DNA of 64,000 nt, taken from contig JAIOQI010000043.1 of the NCBI GenBank assembly GCA_021413445.1, forward strand, positions 10,594 through 74,593. The letters run 5' to 3'. The position numbers and the translations under genes were made by a program. Positions within the stretch are counted from its first letter, which is position 1. Every line of letters starts with the position of its first letter. The notes under the pieces were generated by a model. That model had not been told where the DNA came from and made no database searches. It was given only the letters and a program-made list of their open reading frames with translations. Of this stretch, positions 1 to 8,275 are shown one piece after another. The stretch comes from Alphaproteobacteria bacterium (GTDB lineage Bacteria > Pseudomonadota > Alphaproteobacteria > Micavibrionales > UBA2020).

Positions 1-69
1 GCCGCCTTCGCCGCGGCCTTCGCAGAAGCGCAGAAGCAACTGGTGAGCAAATTGAGACGGCGCTCCTAA
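1..69 (+). CDS. 3' end of an unidentified CDS entering the window
   Basis: Frame 1 open from base 1 (AAFAAAFAEAQKQLVSKLRRRS) to TAA at 67-69, GC-rich codon usage. Confidence 0.5.
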   Translation, partial: AAFAAAFAEAQKQLVSKLRRRS

Positions 70-80
70 ATTTCCTGACC

Positions 81-151
81 TGTCATCCTGAGCCGAAGGC
101 GAAGGATCTCATTGATGTAGCAGGAGATTCTTTGCTTCGGTCAGAACGGCA
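81..151. repeat. REP-like imperfect palindromic element
   Basis: TGTCATCCTGAGCCGAAGGCGAAGGATCTC ... GAGATTCTTTGCTTCGGTCAGAACGGCA forms an imperfect inverted repeat in intergenic DNA. Confidence 0.6.
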
Positions 152-170
152 AAATTAAGGAAAGTATCTA

Positions 171-200
171 TTGACATAACAACAAAGAATCGCTTACACT
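171..200 (+). promoter_or_regulatory. sigma70-type promoter
   Basis: TTGACA-N18-TACACT upstream of the ankyrin gene. Confidence 0.55.
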
Positions 201-218
201 CACCGGATTACAGCCATT

Positions 219-1169
219 ATGAACGGAATTTATCCGATGAAGTTTTTTGACAGCCTTAAGGCAAAATTCAACCGCGTTTCCGACAAAATCTACTACGCCT
301 GCTCGAATACGGCTAACCTGTCGGACGCGGAGAAGCTGGATGCTGAAATGCGCCGGAGAAATCCCAACATCCGGCGCGTGCTGCAATTGCACGATAAAGG
401 CGTGGTAACAACCAACCACGAAAATACACCGCTGGAGCTGGCCGCGATCTATGGGCATTCGGCAGTTGTCACCGCCCTGTTGGATCACGGCGTTGATGTC
501 AATCAAAGGTCTCAGCACAAGGATGGACATGGCGCCCTGATACCAAAGTTTTCTACGGCGTTCAGCATTGCCATCCTTAATAGACATCCCAAGACGGCGA
601 AAATCTTCGCGCAACGCGGCGCCACGTTTGACCTCACTGACGGCGCCGGCAACAAAAACGCCTATGCAAAGGAATGTCAGGAAATTCTCGCCTGGGAGTC
701 GTTCGCGGAAGTGGCGGAAATACTCAATCCCAGCGGGAATAATCTGGTTGCTGCGAAACGGCTGACGCAGGAAATGACGAAGAAAAATCCCGACATCCGG
801 CGCATCCTGCAATGGTCCGATCAGGTCGTAAAAACCTACGACGGCTATACGCCCCTTACCTACGCTGTGAATTACGGACGGCCAGAAATTGTCACTGCCT
901 TGCTGGATCACGGCGTTGACGTCAATCAGCGGGATACAAAGGGGCGCACCGCCCTCTTTTACGCCGTTCATTCCGAACCCAGGCACCCCGGAATGGCAAA
1001 AGTTCTCGCCCAGCGCGGCGCTTTGGCGGATTTCACCTGTAACGGCGAGGAAGATATCCTGACAAGATATGCCCAACAATATTTGGCCAAGGATAAATTC
1101 AAGGAAGTGGCGGCAATCCTCAAGGCTCGCGGGAACAATCAAGCCACGCCAAAACCACCCGCCATGTAA
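219..1169 (+). CDS. Ankyrin-repeat protein with internal duplication
   Basis: TPLELAAIYGHSAVVTALLDHGVDVN, TPLTYAVNYGRPEIVTALLDHGVDVN, GRTALFYAV motifs. Confidence 0.9.
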   Translation: MNGIYPMKFFDSLKAKFNRVSDKIYYACSNTANLSDAEKLDAEMRRRNPNIRRVLQLHDKGVVTTNHENTPLELAAIYGHSAVVTALLDHGVDVNQRSQHKDGHGALIPKFSTAFSIAILNRHPKTAKIFAQRGATFDLTDGAGNKNAYAKECQEILAWESFAEVAEILNPSGNNLVAAKRLTQEMTKKNPDIRRILQWSDQVVKTYDGYTPLTYAVNYGRPEIVTALLDHGVDVNQRDTKGRTALFYAVHSEPRHPGMAKVLAQRGALADFTCNGEEDILTRYAQQYLAKDKFKEVAAILKARGNNQATPKPPAM

Positions 1170-1187
1170 ATTGCAGCCTGCAGGCCG

Positions 1188-2288
1188 TTAAAGCTTGAAA
1201 ATCTTCGTCACCGGCTTGATGCCTGCCGTGCCGAGAACTTCGAGGCGGCCCTTCGATGCGTTGGCAACCGTAGCCACCCGGCTGAATTCGCAGCGGATGG
1301 GAGGCTGGAACCAGGTGAAGTTGCTGTCAAGATGCTCCACCGGCAGCGCCCGGGCGTATTCCACGCGGGTCAGGCCCTCGGCGCGCGACATCCAGCCGTC
1401 GCCGGTGCCGTTGAGGCTGGTTTCGAAGTGATTGGAGGCGCAGACCCGGCCATCCTGCATTTCGCGAATCCTGACTTGGGTATCGGTGCGCTCAATGACG
1501 CAGCCTTCGCCCTTGTTGACTCCCGCCAGGATATAGATCACCGGCATGGAGACCGGCTCCGTTGACAGCATTTTTTTGGCTTCCTGATAGTTCGCCGCGG
1601 TTTCGAAAGCCTTGCGCAGCAGATGCGCGGGCGGCAGGGCATTGCCTTTGTTGACCAGGTGGCGGTCGCGGAACCAGTCTTTGACGGCCCCTCTGTGGGT
1701 ACGGCGCAGGGGCGCCTTGTTAATCGCCGCCGAAAACCGGCCCTCGGCCGTCGCCTGCAGGACGCCGCTGTAGCCGGGCCAGGTCACGTTGTGAAAATCG
1801 CCGGCCGGGCCGCGCTGATGCGCGACGACGATGTTCTCGCCCAGCGCCGGGAAAGGCCAGTCCAGCACGCGCGTCAGCACCGGGCCGTTGTCGGTATTGT
1901 AAACGCCGCTGGTGCAGCCCCATTCATAGGTGAGGTTGAGCATATGGACGCCTTTTTTGCCGATGATTTTCGCGTTCTGCTCTATTTCGTCGCGGTAGGG
2001 ATTGTCCGATTTTTCCAGCCAGCGCTTCGAGAAAAAATCCGACACCGGCATAAAAGCCGGACTGACCGCCTTGGAGATCCAGCCGAAAGTGGAACGGCTC
2101 TTTTTGACCACGTCCGTGGCCTTGTCCTTGAAATCCCGCGTCAGGCCAACGAGACCTATGGTGCGGGCATCGATATAGGGAATCTCGATGTCGCCTTCCT
2201 GCGGTTGGGACTGCTGCTTTTTGCGAAACAACCCGGCGACTTTTTGTTTACTGTTGTTGACCCATTGGCGAATTTTTTTCCGTGCCAT
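1188..2288 (-). CDS. Ntn-hydrolase, acid ceramidase/NAAA/peptidase C45-like
   Basis: WGCTSGV (candidate nucleophile Cys), TRVLDWPF, VTWPGYSGVL, GCVIER, SNHF motifs; start taken at MARKK after GAGG. Confidence 0.75.
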   Translation of the reverse strand: MARKKIRQWVNNSKQKVAGLFRKKQQSQPQEGDIEIPYIDARTIGLVGLTRDFKDKATDVVKKSRSTFGWISKAVSPAFMPVSDFFSKRWLEKSDNPYRDEIEQNAKIIGKKGVHMLNLTYEWGCTSGVYNTDNGPVLTRVLDWPFPALGENIVVAHQRGPAGDFHNVTWPGYSGVLQATAEGRFSAAINKAPLRRTHRGAVKDWFRDRHLVNKGNALPPAHLLRKAFETAANYQEAKKMLSTEPVSMPVIYILAGVNKGEGCVIERTDTQVRIREMQDGRVCASNHFETSLNGTGDGWMSRAEGLTRVEYARALPVEHLDSNFTWFQPPIRCEFSRVATVANASKGRLEVLGTAGIKPVTKIFKL

Positions 2289-2511
2289 ATCGTCCTCACC
2301 CTTGAAATAAAAACCATTGCTATAAGAAAATTCCATTTTTAAGTAACCTGTTTTCCAACAATATGCAAGGCGGGATGATAATTGAAATTATTGTATAATA
2401 TTATGTATTTAATAGCCGGAATCGCCGCAAAACGCGATTGCCTTGACTCTGCCCATAAAAATACCCTATAAATCTTGCAGTTTTACCGAGGCAAACTCTC
2501 CAGCAATCATT

Positions 2512-2575
2512 GGGAAGTTGAGCGCTCTGCGTCCCCCCGTCAGCGAAATTACGCCCACGGGGGTGAAATTGTTTT
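2512..2575 (+). ncRNA. Candidate ffh leader RNA motif (alphaproteobacterial)
   Basis: GC-rich structured segment GGGAAGTTGAGCGCTC...CCCCCGTCAGCG...CGCCCACGGGGG directly upstream of ffh; boundaries approximate. Confidence 0.5.
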
Positions 2576-2628
2576 GACACATAACCGCGTCATCCCCTAC
2601 CGGGATGACGGGGAAAGATGGGATAGAG

Positions 2629-4083
2629 ATGTTTGAAAGTCTGGCGAATAAATTAGGCGGCGTTTTTGATTCGCTCAAGAAACGCGGCGCCCTCAAGGAA
2701 GAAGATGTCATCATCGCGCTGCGCGACATCCGCGTCGCGCTGCTGGAAGCCGACGTCGCGCTTTCCGTCGCCAAGGATTTCATCGACAAGGTGCGCGTCG
2801 AGGCCATTGGCGAAAAGGTGCTGCGCTCGATATCGCCCGGCCAGCAGGTGGTCAAGATCGTCCATGACACGCTGGTCGAAACCCTCGGCCATGAGAATTC
2901 TGAACTGAACCTGAACGCCGCGCCGCCCGCCGTGATCCTGATGGCGGGGCTGCAGGGCTCCGGCAAGACCACCAGCGCCGGCAAGCTGGCTAAATTCCTC
3001 AAGGACAAGCAGCGCAAGAAAGTCCTGCTCGCCTCGCTCGACATCTACCGTCCGGCGGCGCAGGAGCAACTGGAAATTCTCGCCAAACAGGTTTCCGTCA
3101 GCGCCCTGCCGATCGTCCCCGGCGAAAAGCCGCTGCAGATCGCCAGGCGCGCCCTCGACACCGGTCGGCGCGAAGGCTACGACATTATCATCCTCGACAG
3201 CGCGGGCCGTTTGTCGATTGACGACGCATTGATGACGGAACTTGCCGAAGTCCGCGACTTCGCCAAACCGGTGGAGACCCTGCTGGTCGCCGACGCGATG
3301 ACCGGCCAGGACGCCGTCACCACCGCGCAGAACTTTAACGAAAAAATCGGCATCACCGGCATCATCCTCACCCGTGTCGATGGCGACGCCCGCGGCGGCG
3401 CGGCGCTGTCCATGCGCGCCATCACCGGCAAACCGATCAAGTTCATCGGCGTCGGCGAACAGATGGACGCGCTGCAGGCTTTCGATGCCCAGCGCATCGC
3501 CGGGCGCATCCTCGACATGGGCGATATCGTCAGCCTGGTTGAAAAAGCCGCCGAAAACATCGAGATCGAGGACGCCCGGCGCGCCGCCGAAAAAATGGCC
3601 AAGGGCAAGTTCGACCTCGGCGATTACCTCGGCCAGCTGCGCCAGATGCAGAAAATGGGCGGGCTGTCCGGCCTGATGGGCCTGATGCCGGGCATGGGCA
3701 AGATCAAGGGCGCGATGCAGAACGCCAATATCGACGACAAGATTTTAAAGCACCAGGAGGCGATCATCCTCTCCATGACATCGCAGGAGCGCGTCAAGCC
3801 GGAAGTGCTGAACGCCTCGCGCCGCAAGCGCATCGCCGCCGGCTCCGGCACCACGGTGCAGGACGTCAACCGCCTGCTGAAGCAGTTCCAGGACATGCAG
3901 ACGATGATGAAGCGCATGGCGAAGCTGGGCGGCAAAGGCATGATGCGCAGCCTGACCGGCATGCTCGGCGGCGGCGCGATGGGTGAAATGGAAGAAATGG
4001 CCAAGAATATGCAGGCGCCAGGCGGCGCGATAGGCGGCGGCATCCTGGGCCCCAACCCGTTTCCGCTGAACGACAAGAAATAG
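2629..4083 (+). CDS. ffh: Signal recognition particle protein Ffh
   Basis: MFESL start, GLQGSGKTT, DSAGR, DGDARGGAALS, Met-rich M domain. Confidence 0.98.
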   Translation: MFESLANKLGGVFDSLKKRGALKEEDVIIALRDIRVALLEADVALSVAKDFIDKVRVEAIGEKVLRSISPGQQVVKIVHDTLVETLGHENSELNLNAAPPAVILMAGLQGSGKTTSAGKLAKFLKDKQRKKVLLASLDIYRPAAQEQLEILAKQVSVSALPIVPGEKPLQIARRALDTGRREGYDIIILDSAGRLSIDDALMTELAEVRDFAKPVETLLVADAMTGQDAVTTAQNFNEKIGITGIILTRVDGDARGGAALSMRAITGKPIKFIGVGEQMDALQAFDAQRIAGRILDMGDIVSLVEKAAENIEIEDARRAAEKMAKGKFDLGDYLGQLRQMQKMGGLSGLMGLMPGMGKIKGAMQNANIDDKILKHQEAIILSMTSQERVKPEVLNASRRKRIAAGSGTTVQDVNRLLKQFQDMQTMMKRMAKLGGKGMMRSLTGMLGGGAMGEMEEMAKNMQAPGGAIGGGILGPNPFPLNDKK

Positions 4084-4161
4084 GATTTGAGACGTAAAGG
4101 TTGCAGTCTCATAAGAAATTAACAAGCAGCCGTGTAAACTTTGAGTGAATGGAGAAATAAA

Positions 4162-4530
4162 ATGATTAAAATCCGTATGGCCCGCGCCGGCGCCAAGAAA
4201 AAGCCCTACTACAATATCGTCGTGGCCGAATCCCGCGCCCCGCGTGACGGCAAGTTCCTGGAAAAGCTCGGCACCTACAACCCGATGCTGCCCCGCGACA
4301 ACGCCAACCGCGTGGTCCTGAAGGCTGACCGCATCAAGTTCTGGATAGCCAAGGGCGCGCAAGTGTCCGACCGCATCGCGATCTTCCTCGGCAAGGCCGG
4401 CATCGCCGCCATGCCCGCGCGCAAGAACAACCCGCAAAAGGCTGTCGCCAAGGTCAAAATGACCGACCGCAAGAAAGCCAAGGCCGAAAAAGCCGCCGCA
4501 GCCGCAGCTCCGGCTGAAGCTCAGGGTTAA
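4162..4530 (+). CDS. rpsP: 30S ribosomal protein S16
   Basis: [17 protein letters not shown]...[17 protein letters not shown]; follows ffh. Confidence 0.97.
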   Translation: MIKIRMARAGAKKKPYYNIVVAESRAPRDGKFLEKLGTYNPMLPRDNANRVVLKADRIKFWIAKGAQVSDRIAIFLGKAGIAAMPARKNNPQKAVAKVKMTDRKKAKAEKAAAAAAPAEAQG

Positions 4531-4538
4531 TTCCGATC

Positions 4539-5066
4539 GTGCAAAGCAAAGAGGCTGTATCATCCCCCGCCCTGATTCTCATGGCGGAGATTGTCGGCGT
4601 ACACGGCGTCAAGGGCATGCTGAAAGTGAAAGTTTTCGGCGATGACCCCGGCAAGCTGGTGGATTACCAGCCTCTTTGCGATGCCAGCGGAAAGAAGTTC
4701 AGCTTCCTGACCTTCCAGCCGCACCAGAATATCTATCTGGCGGCGCTGGAAGGTGTTTCCGACCGCACCGCCGCCGAAAAACTGCGCGGCACCAAACTGT
4801 ATGTCCCCCGGGAAGCTCTGCCCCAGATCAAGGACAAGAACACCTACTACCACGTGGACCTGATCGGGCTCACCGCCAAAGATGCTGATGGCGCCATCAT
4901 CGGAAAAATCATCCAGGTGGCGAACTTCGGCGCCGGCGACCTGCTGGAAATAAAACCGCTTCAGGGCGCCAGCTATTACGTGCCCTTCACCAAAGCCGTC
5001 GTGCCCAACGTGGATATGGCGGCGCGGGAAGCCACCGTCATCGTGCCGCACGGTTTGCTGGACTAG
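4539..5066 (+). CDS. rimM: Ribosome maturation factor RimM
   Basis: HGVKGMLKV, YYHVDLIGL, NFGAGDLLEI, VPFT; follows rpsP. Confidence 0.95.
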   Translation: MQSKEAVSSPALILMAEIVGVHGVKGMLKVKVFGDDPGKLVDYQPLCDASGKKFSFLTFQPHQNIYLAALEGVSDRTAAEKLRGTKLYVPREALPQIKDKNTYYHVDLIGLTAKDADGAIIGKIIQVANFGAGDLLEIKPLQGASYYVPFTKAVVPNVDMAAREATVIVPHGLLD

Positions 5067-5093
5067 ACCCCTGTTTTCGTGTATCAAAGTCGA

Positions 5094-6251
5094 ATGCCCC
5101 TGATTACTACCACAAAAGACCTCAAAGCCTTCTGCACCCGCCTGAAAAAGGCGGAGTTCATCACCGTGGACACGGAGTTCATCCGCGAGCGCACCTATTG
5201 GGCGCGGCTGTGCCTGATTCAGGTGGCGGGACCGGACGAGGCCTTCGCCATCGACCCGCTGGCGGAGGGTATCGACCTTTCCCCCCTCTATGAACTCTTC
5301 CTGAACAAAAAAATCCTCAAAGTTTTCCATGCCTGCCGCCAGGACCTGGAAATCTTCTTCAAGGAGATGGACGGCAAGCTGCCGACCCCGGTTTTTGACA
5401 CCCAGATCGCGTCGATGGTCTGCGGCTTCGGCGAGCAGGTCAGCTACGAGATGCTCGTCAACGCGCTACTCAAAAAACAGCTCGACAAGTCCAGCCGCTT
5501 CACCGACTGGGCGCAGCGCCCCCTCTCCGCCAAGCAAATGAAATACGCCATCTCCGACGTCACCTTCCTGCGCCCCATATACGAGAAGCTGGTGGCGAAA
5601 ATCGAAAAACAGAAGCGCGGTTCGTGGATCAAGGATGAATTCAAGAACCTCATCGACAAGGAAAACTTCATTTTCCGCCCCGCAGAGGCCTGGGAGCGCA
5701 TCAAGGTGCCCTCCAACAAGCCGCGCGTGCTGGGCGTGCTGAAGGAAATCGCCGCCTGGCGCGAACAGACCGCGCAGAATGCCGATGTGCCGCGCGGACG
5801 GATTTTAAAGGACGAGGCCCTGGTCGAAATCGCCCTGCACATGCCGCCCTCGAAGGAGGCGCTCGGCAAGATGCGCAGCATGCAGCACGGCTTTGCCGAA
5901 AGCGAAAAGGGCCAGCAGCTGCTGGAAGCCGTCAGGCGCGGCATGGAGATGCCTGAAAAGGACCTGCCCCAGCGGGAAGCGCGCCCGCACTTCCCGCCCG
6001 GGCTCGCCCCCACTATCGACCTGCTGCGGGTGCTGCTGAAACTGAAATGCGAGGAAAGCCAGGTCGCCAGCAAGCTGCTGGCCAATGCCGCCGACCTCGA
6101 GCTGATTGCCGCTTACGGGGAAAAGGCCGAGGTCGCCGCCCTGTCGGGCTGGCGTTTCAAGGTCTTCGGCAAGGAAGCGCTGGAGCTGCGCGACGGCAAG
6201 CTGGCGCTGGCCATTCAGGACAACAAACTCAAACTGGTTGAAGCGTCCTAG
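5094..6251 (+). CDS. rnd: Ribonuclease D
   Basis: VDTEFIRERTY, KVFHACRQD, FDTQIA, TDWAQRPL, YAISDV, HRDC region. Confidence 0.95.
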   Translation: MPLITTTKDLKAFCTRLKKAEFITVDTEFIRERTYWARLCLIQVAGPDEAFAIDPLAEGIDLSPLYELFLNKKILKVFHACRQDLEIFFKEMDGKLPTPVFDTQIASMVCGFGEQVSYEMLVNALLKKQLDKSSRFTDWAQRPLSAKQMKYAISDVTFLRPIYEKLVAKIEKQKRGSWIKDEFKNLIDKENFIFRPAEAWERIKVPSNKPRVLGVLKEIAAWREQTAQNADVPRGRILKDEALVEIALHMPPSKEALGKMRSMQHGFAESEKGQQLLEAVRRGMEMPEKDLPQREARPHFPPGLAPTIDLLRVLLKLKCEESQVASKLLANAADLELIAAYGEKAEVAALSGWRFKVFGKEALELRDGKLALAIQDNKLKLVEAS

Positions 6252-6257
6252 ATTCCA

Positions 6258-7721
6258 CTATAAAATTTCCGCCGCTTTGCCCAGGCTGGCCGCCAAATCC
6301 TTCAGGGCATCACCGATCACATCGGCATGAAGCGCCGCGGTTTTTCCGCCCAGCTTCAAAACCAGCTTTTTCGGCGTCACTTTGAACCCCGCCTGCCGCA
6401 GCAAACCCAGCGCGCCGCCGGTCAGCAAGTAACCCAATCGCTGTGCCAAACCCACCGTCACCGCCAGATCAATCATCTTATTATCGAGAAGTTTTTGCGC
6501 CACCGCGGCAACATCATCATCCAACTGCCCCTCATAGCGCACATACTGCGACAACGCCAGGAAGGCGCGCCCGGCATGGTCGATCCCGTAGAGCGGCATC
6601 ACCAGGATGCGCCGGAAAGCATACTCGGCCCGATAGTCTTCATGTTCAAGAGTGCTGACATCGCTTAAGAGGCAGCTCGCCTCCAGCAGTTTCAAAAATT
6701 CCGCGTCCTGCCCGGCGAACAGGGGCGCCAGCCAACGGTGCAAAATCTTTGAATCGCCCGCATGCGCGGCGATTTTTGCGCAGGAAGCCAGCAGCGCATT
6801 CTGCTTCAGCACCGCGGGTTTCAATTGATCGAACATCACCCCCTCGCGCAGGCCAGTGCCGGAAAAGATCAGCCGGCGCGGGCGAATTTTCCTGAAAAGA
6901 ATTTCCATCGCCAGCGCCGCGACGCCCATATCCCCGATGCGCTTGCCGGACATGCCGCTGGTTTTTTCCAGCCGGGCCGCGCTTTGCCGCGCGATCAGCC
7001 TCGCAAAGGCCGCCGCCTTTTCCCCCTCGAGCTGATAATGATCGAGCAGTTGCAGCGGATACTGCGACAGGTGCATATGCGCCTTGGCCATCGACCGCCA
7101 CGCCCCGCCCATGGCGTAAAAATCCAGGCCGCTGTATTCTTTTAAAAATCCAGCGCGGTCCAGATGAGTTTCAATCATCTTCACCCGCGCGGTGCGGCTT
7201 TTTTCCGCCAGCAGGCGGTGCGAACCCAGAGGCAAACTGACCTTATGCCGCACGCGGTAGTTTTTAACCACGATCAGCTCCAGCGAGCCTCCGCCATAGT
7301 CCCCGATCACGCCCGAACCGCCGAAGCCATTGGCCAGCACGCCCAGCGCCGCCAGCCGCGCCTCCTCCTCCCCGCCGATGACGGCGATGGTCAGGCCGAA
7401 GTCCTTTTTTACCTTGGCGATGAAAACCTTGCCGTTTTTGGCGTCGCGCAGCGCCGCCGTCGCCACGGCCCGCACGTTTTTAATCTTCATTTCCGCCAGC
7501 AGCCCGGAAAAACGGCGGAGAGAAGTCATAGCCTTTTTCACCGCCGCCGGGTTCAGGTCGCCAGTCGTGGCCAGGTCGGCGCCGAGATTGCAGATGGCCC
7601 GTTCGGTATAAACCTTGAACGGCGCGCGGTTCAGCCCGTCATAAACCACCAGGCGCACCGCATTGGAGCCAATATCGATAACAGCGACATAATCTTTTGT
7701 GGCAGCCTGATGATCGGACAT
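6258..7721 (-). CDS. ppx: Exopolyphosphatase Ppx/GppA family
   Basis: IDIGSNAVRL, ATAALRDA, GEEEARL, DYGGGSLEL, GLREG. Confidence 0.93.
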   Translation of the reverse strand: MSDHQAATKDYVAVIDIGSNAVRLVVYDGLNRAPFKVYTERAICNLGADLATTGDLNPAAVKKAMTSLRRFSGLLAEMKIKNVRAVATAALRDAKNGKVFIAKVKKDFGLTIAVIGGEEEARLAALGVLANGFGGSGVIGDYGGGSLELIVVKNYRVRHKVSLPLGSHRLLAEKSRTARVKMIETHLDRAGFLKEYSGLDFYAMGGAWRSMAKAHMHLSQYPLQLLDHYQLEGEKAAAFARLIARQSAARLEKTSGMSGKRIGDMGVAALAMEILFRKIRPRRLIFSGTGLREGVMFDQLKPAVLKQNALLASCAKIAAHAGDSKILHRWLAPLFAGQDAEFLKLLEASCLLSDVSTLEHEDYRAEYAFRRILVMPLYGIDHAGRAFLALSQYVRYEGQLDDDVAAVAQKLLDNKMIDLAVTVGLAQRLGYLLTGGALGLLRQAGFKVTPKKLVLKLGGKTAALHADVIGDALKDLAASLGKAAEIL

Positions 7722-7777
7722 GACAACTCCGTTCGGTTCTTTTATAGTCTAAAGAGTTTTTAAAAAGCAGCAAGATC

Positions 7778-8272
7778 ATGAAAACACTTTATTTACTGCG
7801 CCATGCTCATACCTTCGCCGCCGCGCCGCCTCTGATGAGCGACCATGAGCGGATTTTGTCGCCGCGGGGCACCGAAGAAGCCCTGCAGGTCGGCAAGTTC
7901 ATGCAGGCGCATGAGTTTTATCCGGATTTTGTCCTCAGCTCATCGTCGGTGCGCACCATCCAGACGGCGCGGCTGATTTTCGGCGTCCTGTTCAGCCAGG
8001 TCGGCGTCAAAGTGGCCAGCCATTTCGACCGCCGCCTGTACCACGCCCCGGTCGAGACGATGCTGTCGGAAATCCGGCAGATCGACAAGTCCATCCAGCG
8101 CCTGCTGATGGTGGGCCACAACCCCGGCATCGCCGAACTGGCGATGCAATTGGGCGACATCGACCATTACGCCCCCGCCACGCTGGCGATCTTCAGGGCC
8201 GATTGCCGGGAGTGGTCCGACTTTTCCCCGGAGACCGCCAAACTGGAGCAGGTTTTTATTCCCGAGGTTTAG
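7778..8272 (+). CDS. sixA: Phosphohistidine phosphatase SixA
   Basis: LLRHA, VLSSSSVRTIQT, VGHNPG. Confidence 0.88.
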   Translation: MKTLYLLRHAHTFAAAPPLMSDHERILSPRGTEEALQVGKFMQAHEFYPDFVLSSSSVRTIQTARLIFGVLFSQVGVKVASHFDRRLYHAPVETMLSEIRQIDKSIQRLLMVGHNPGIAELAMQLGDIDHYAPATLAIFRADCREWSDFSPETAKLEQVFIPEV

Positions 8273-8275
8273 GCC

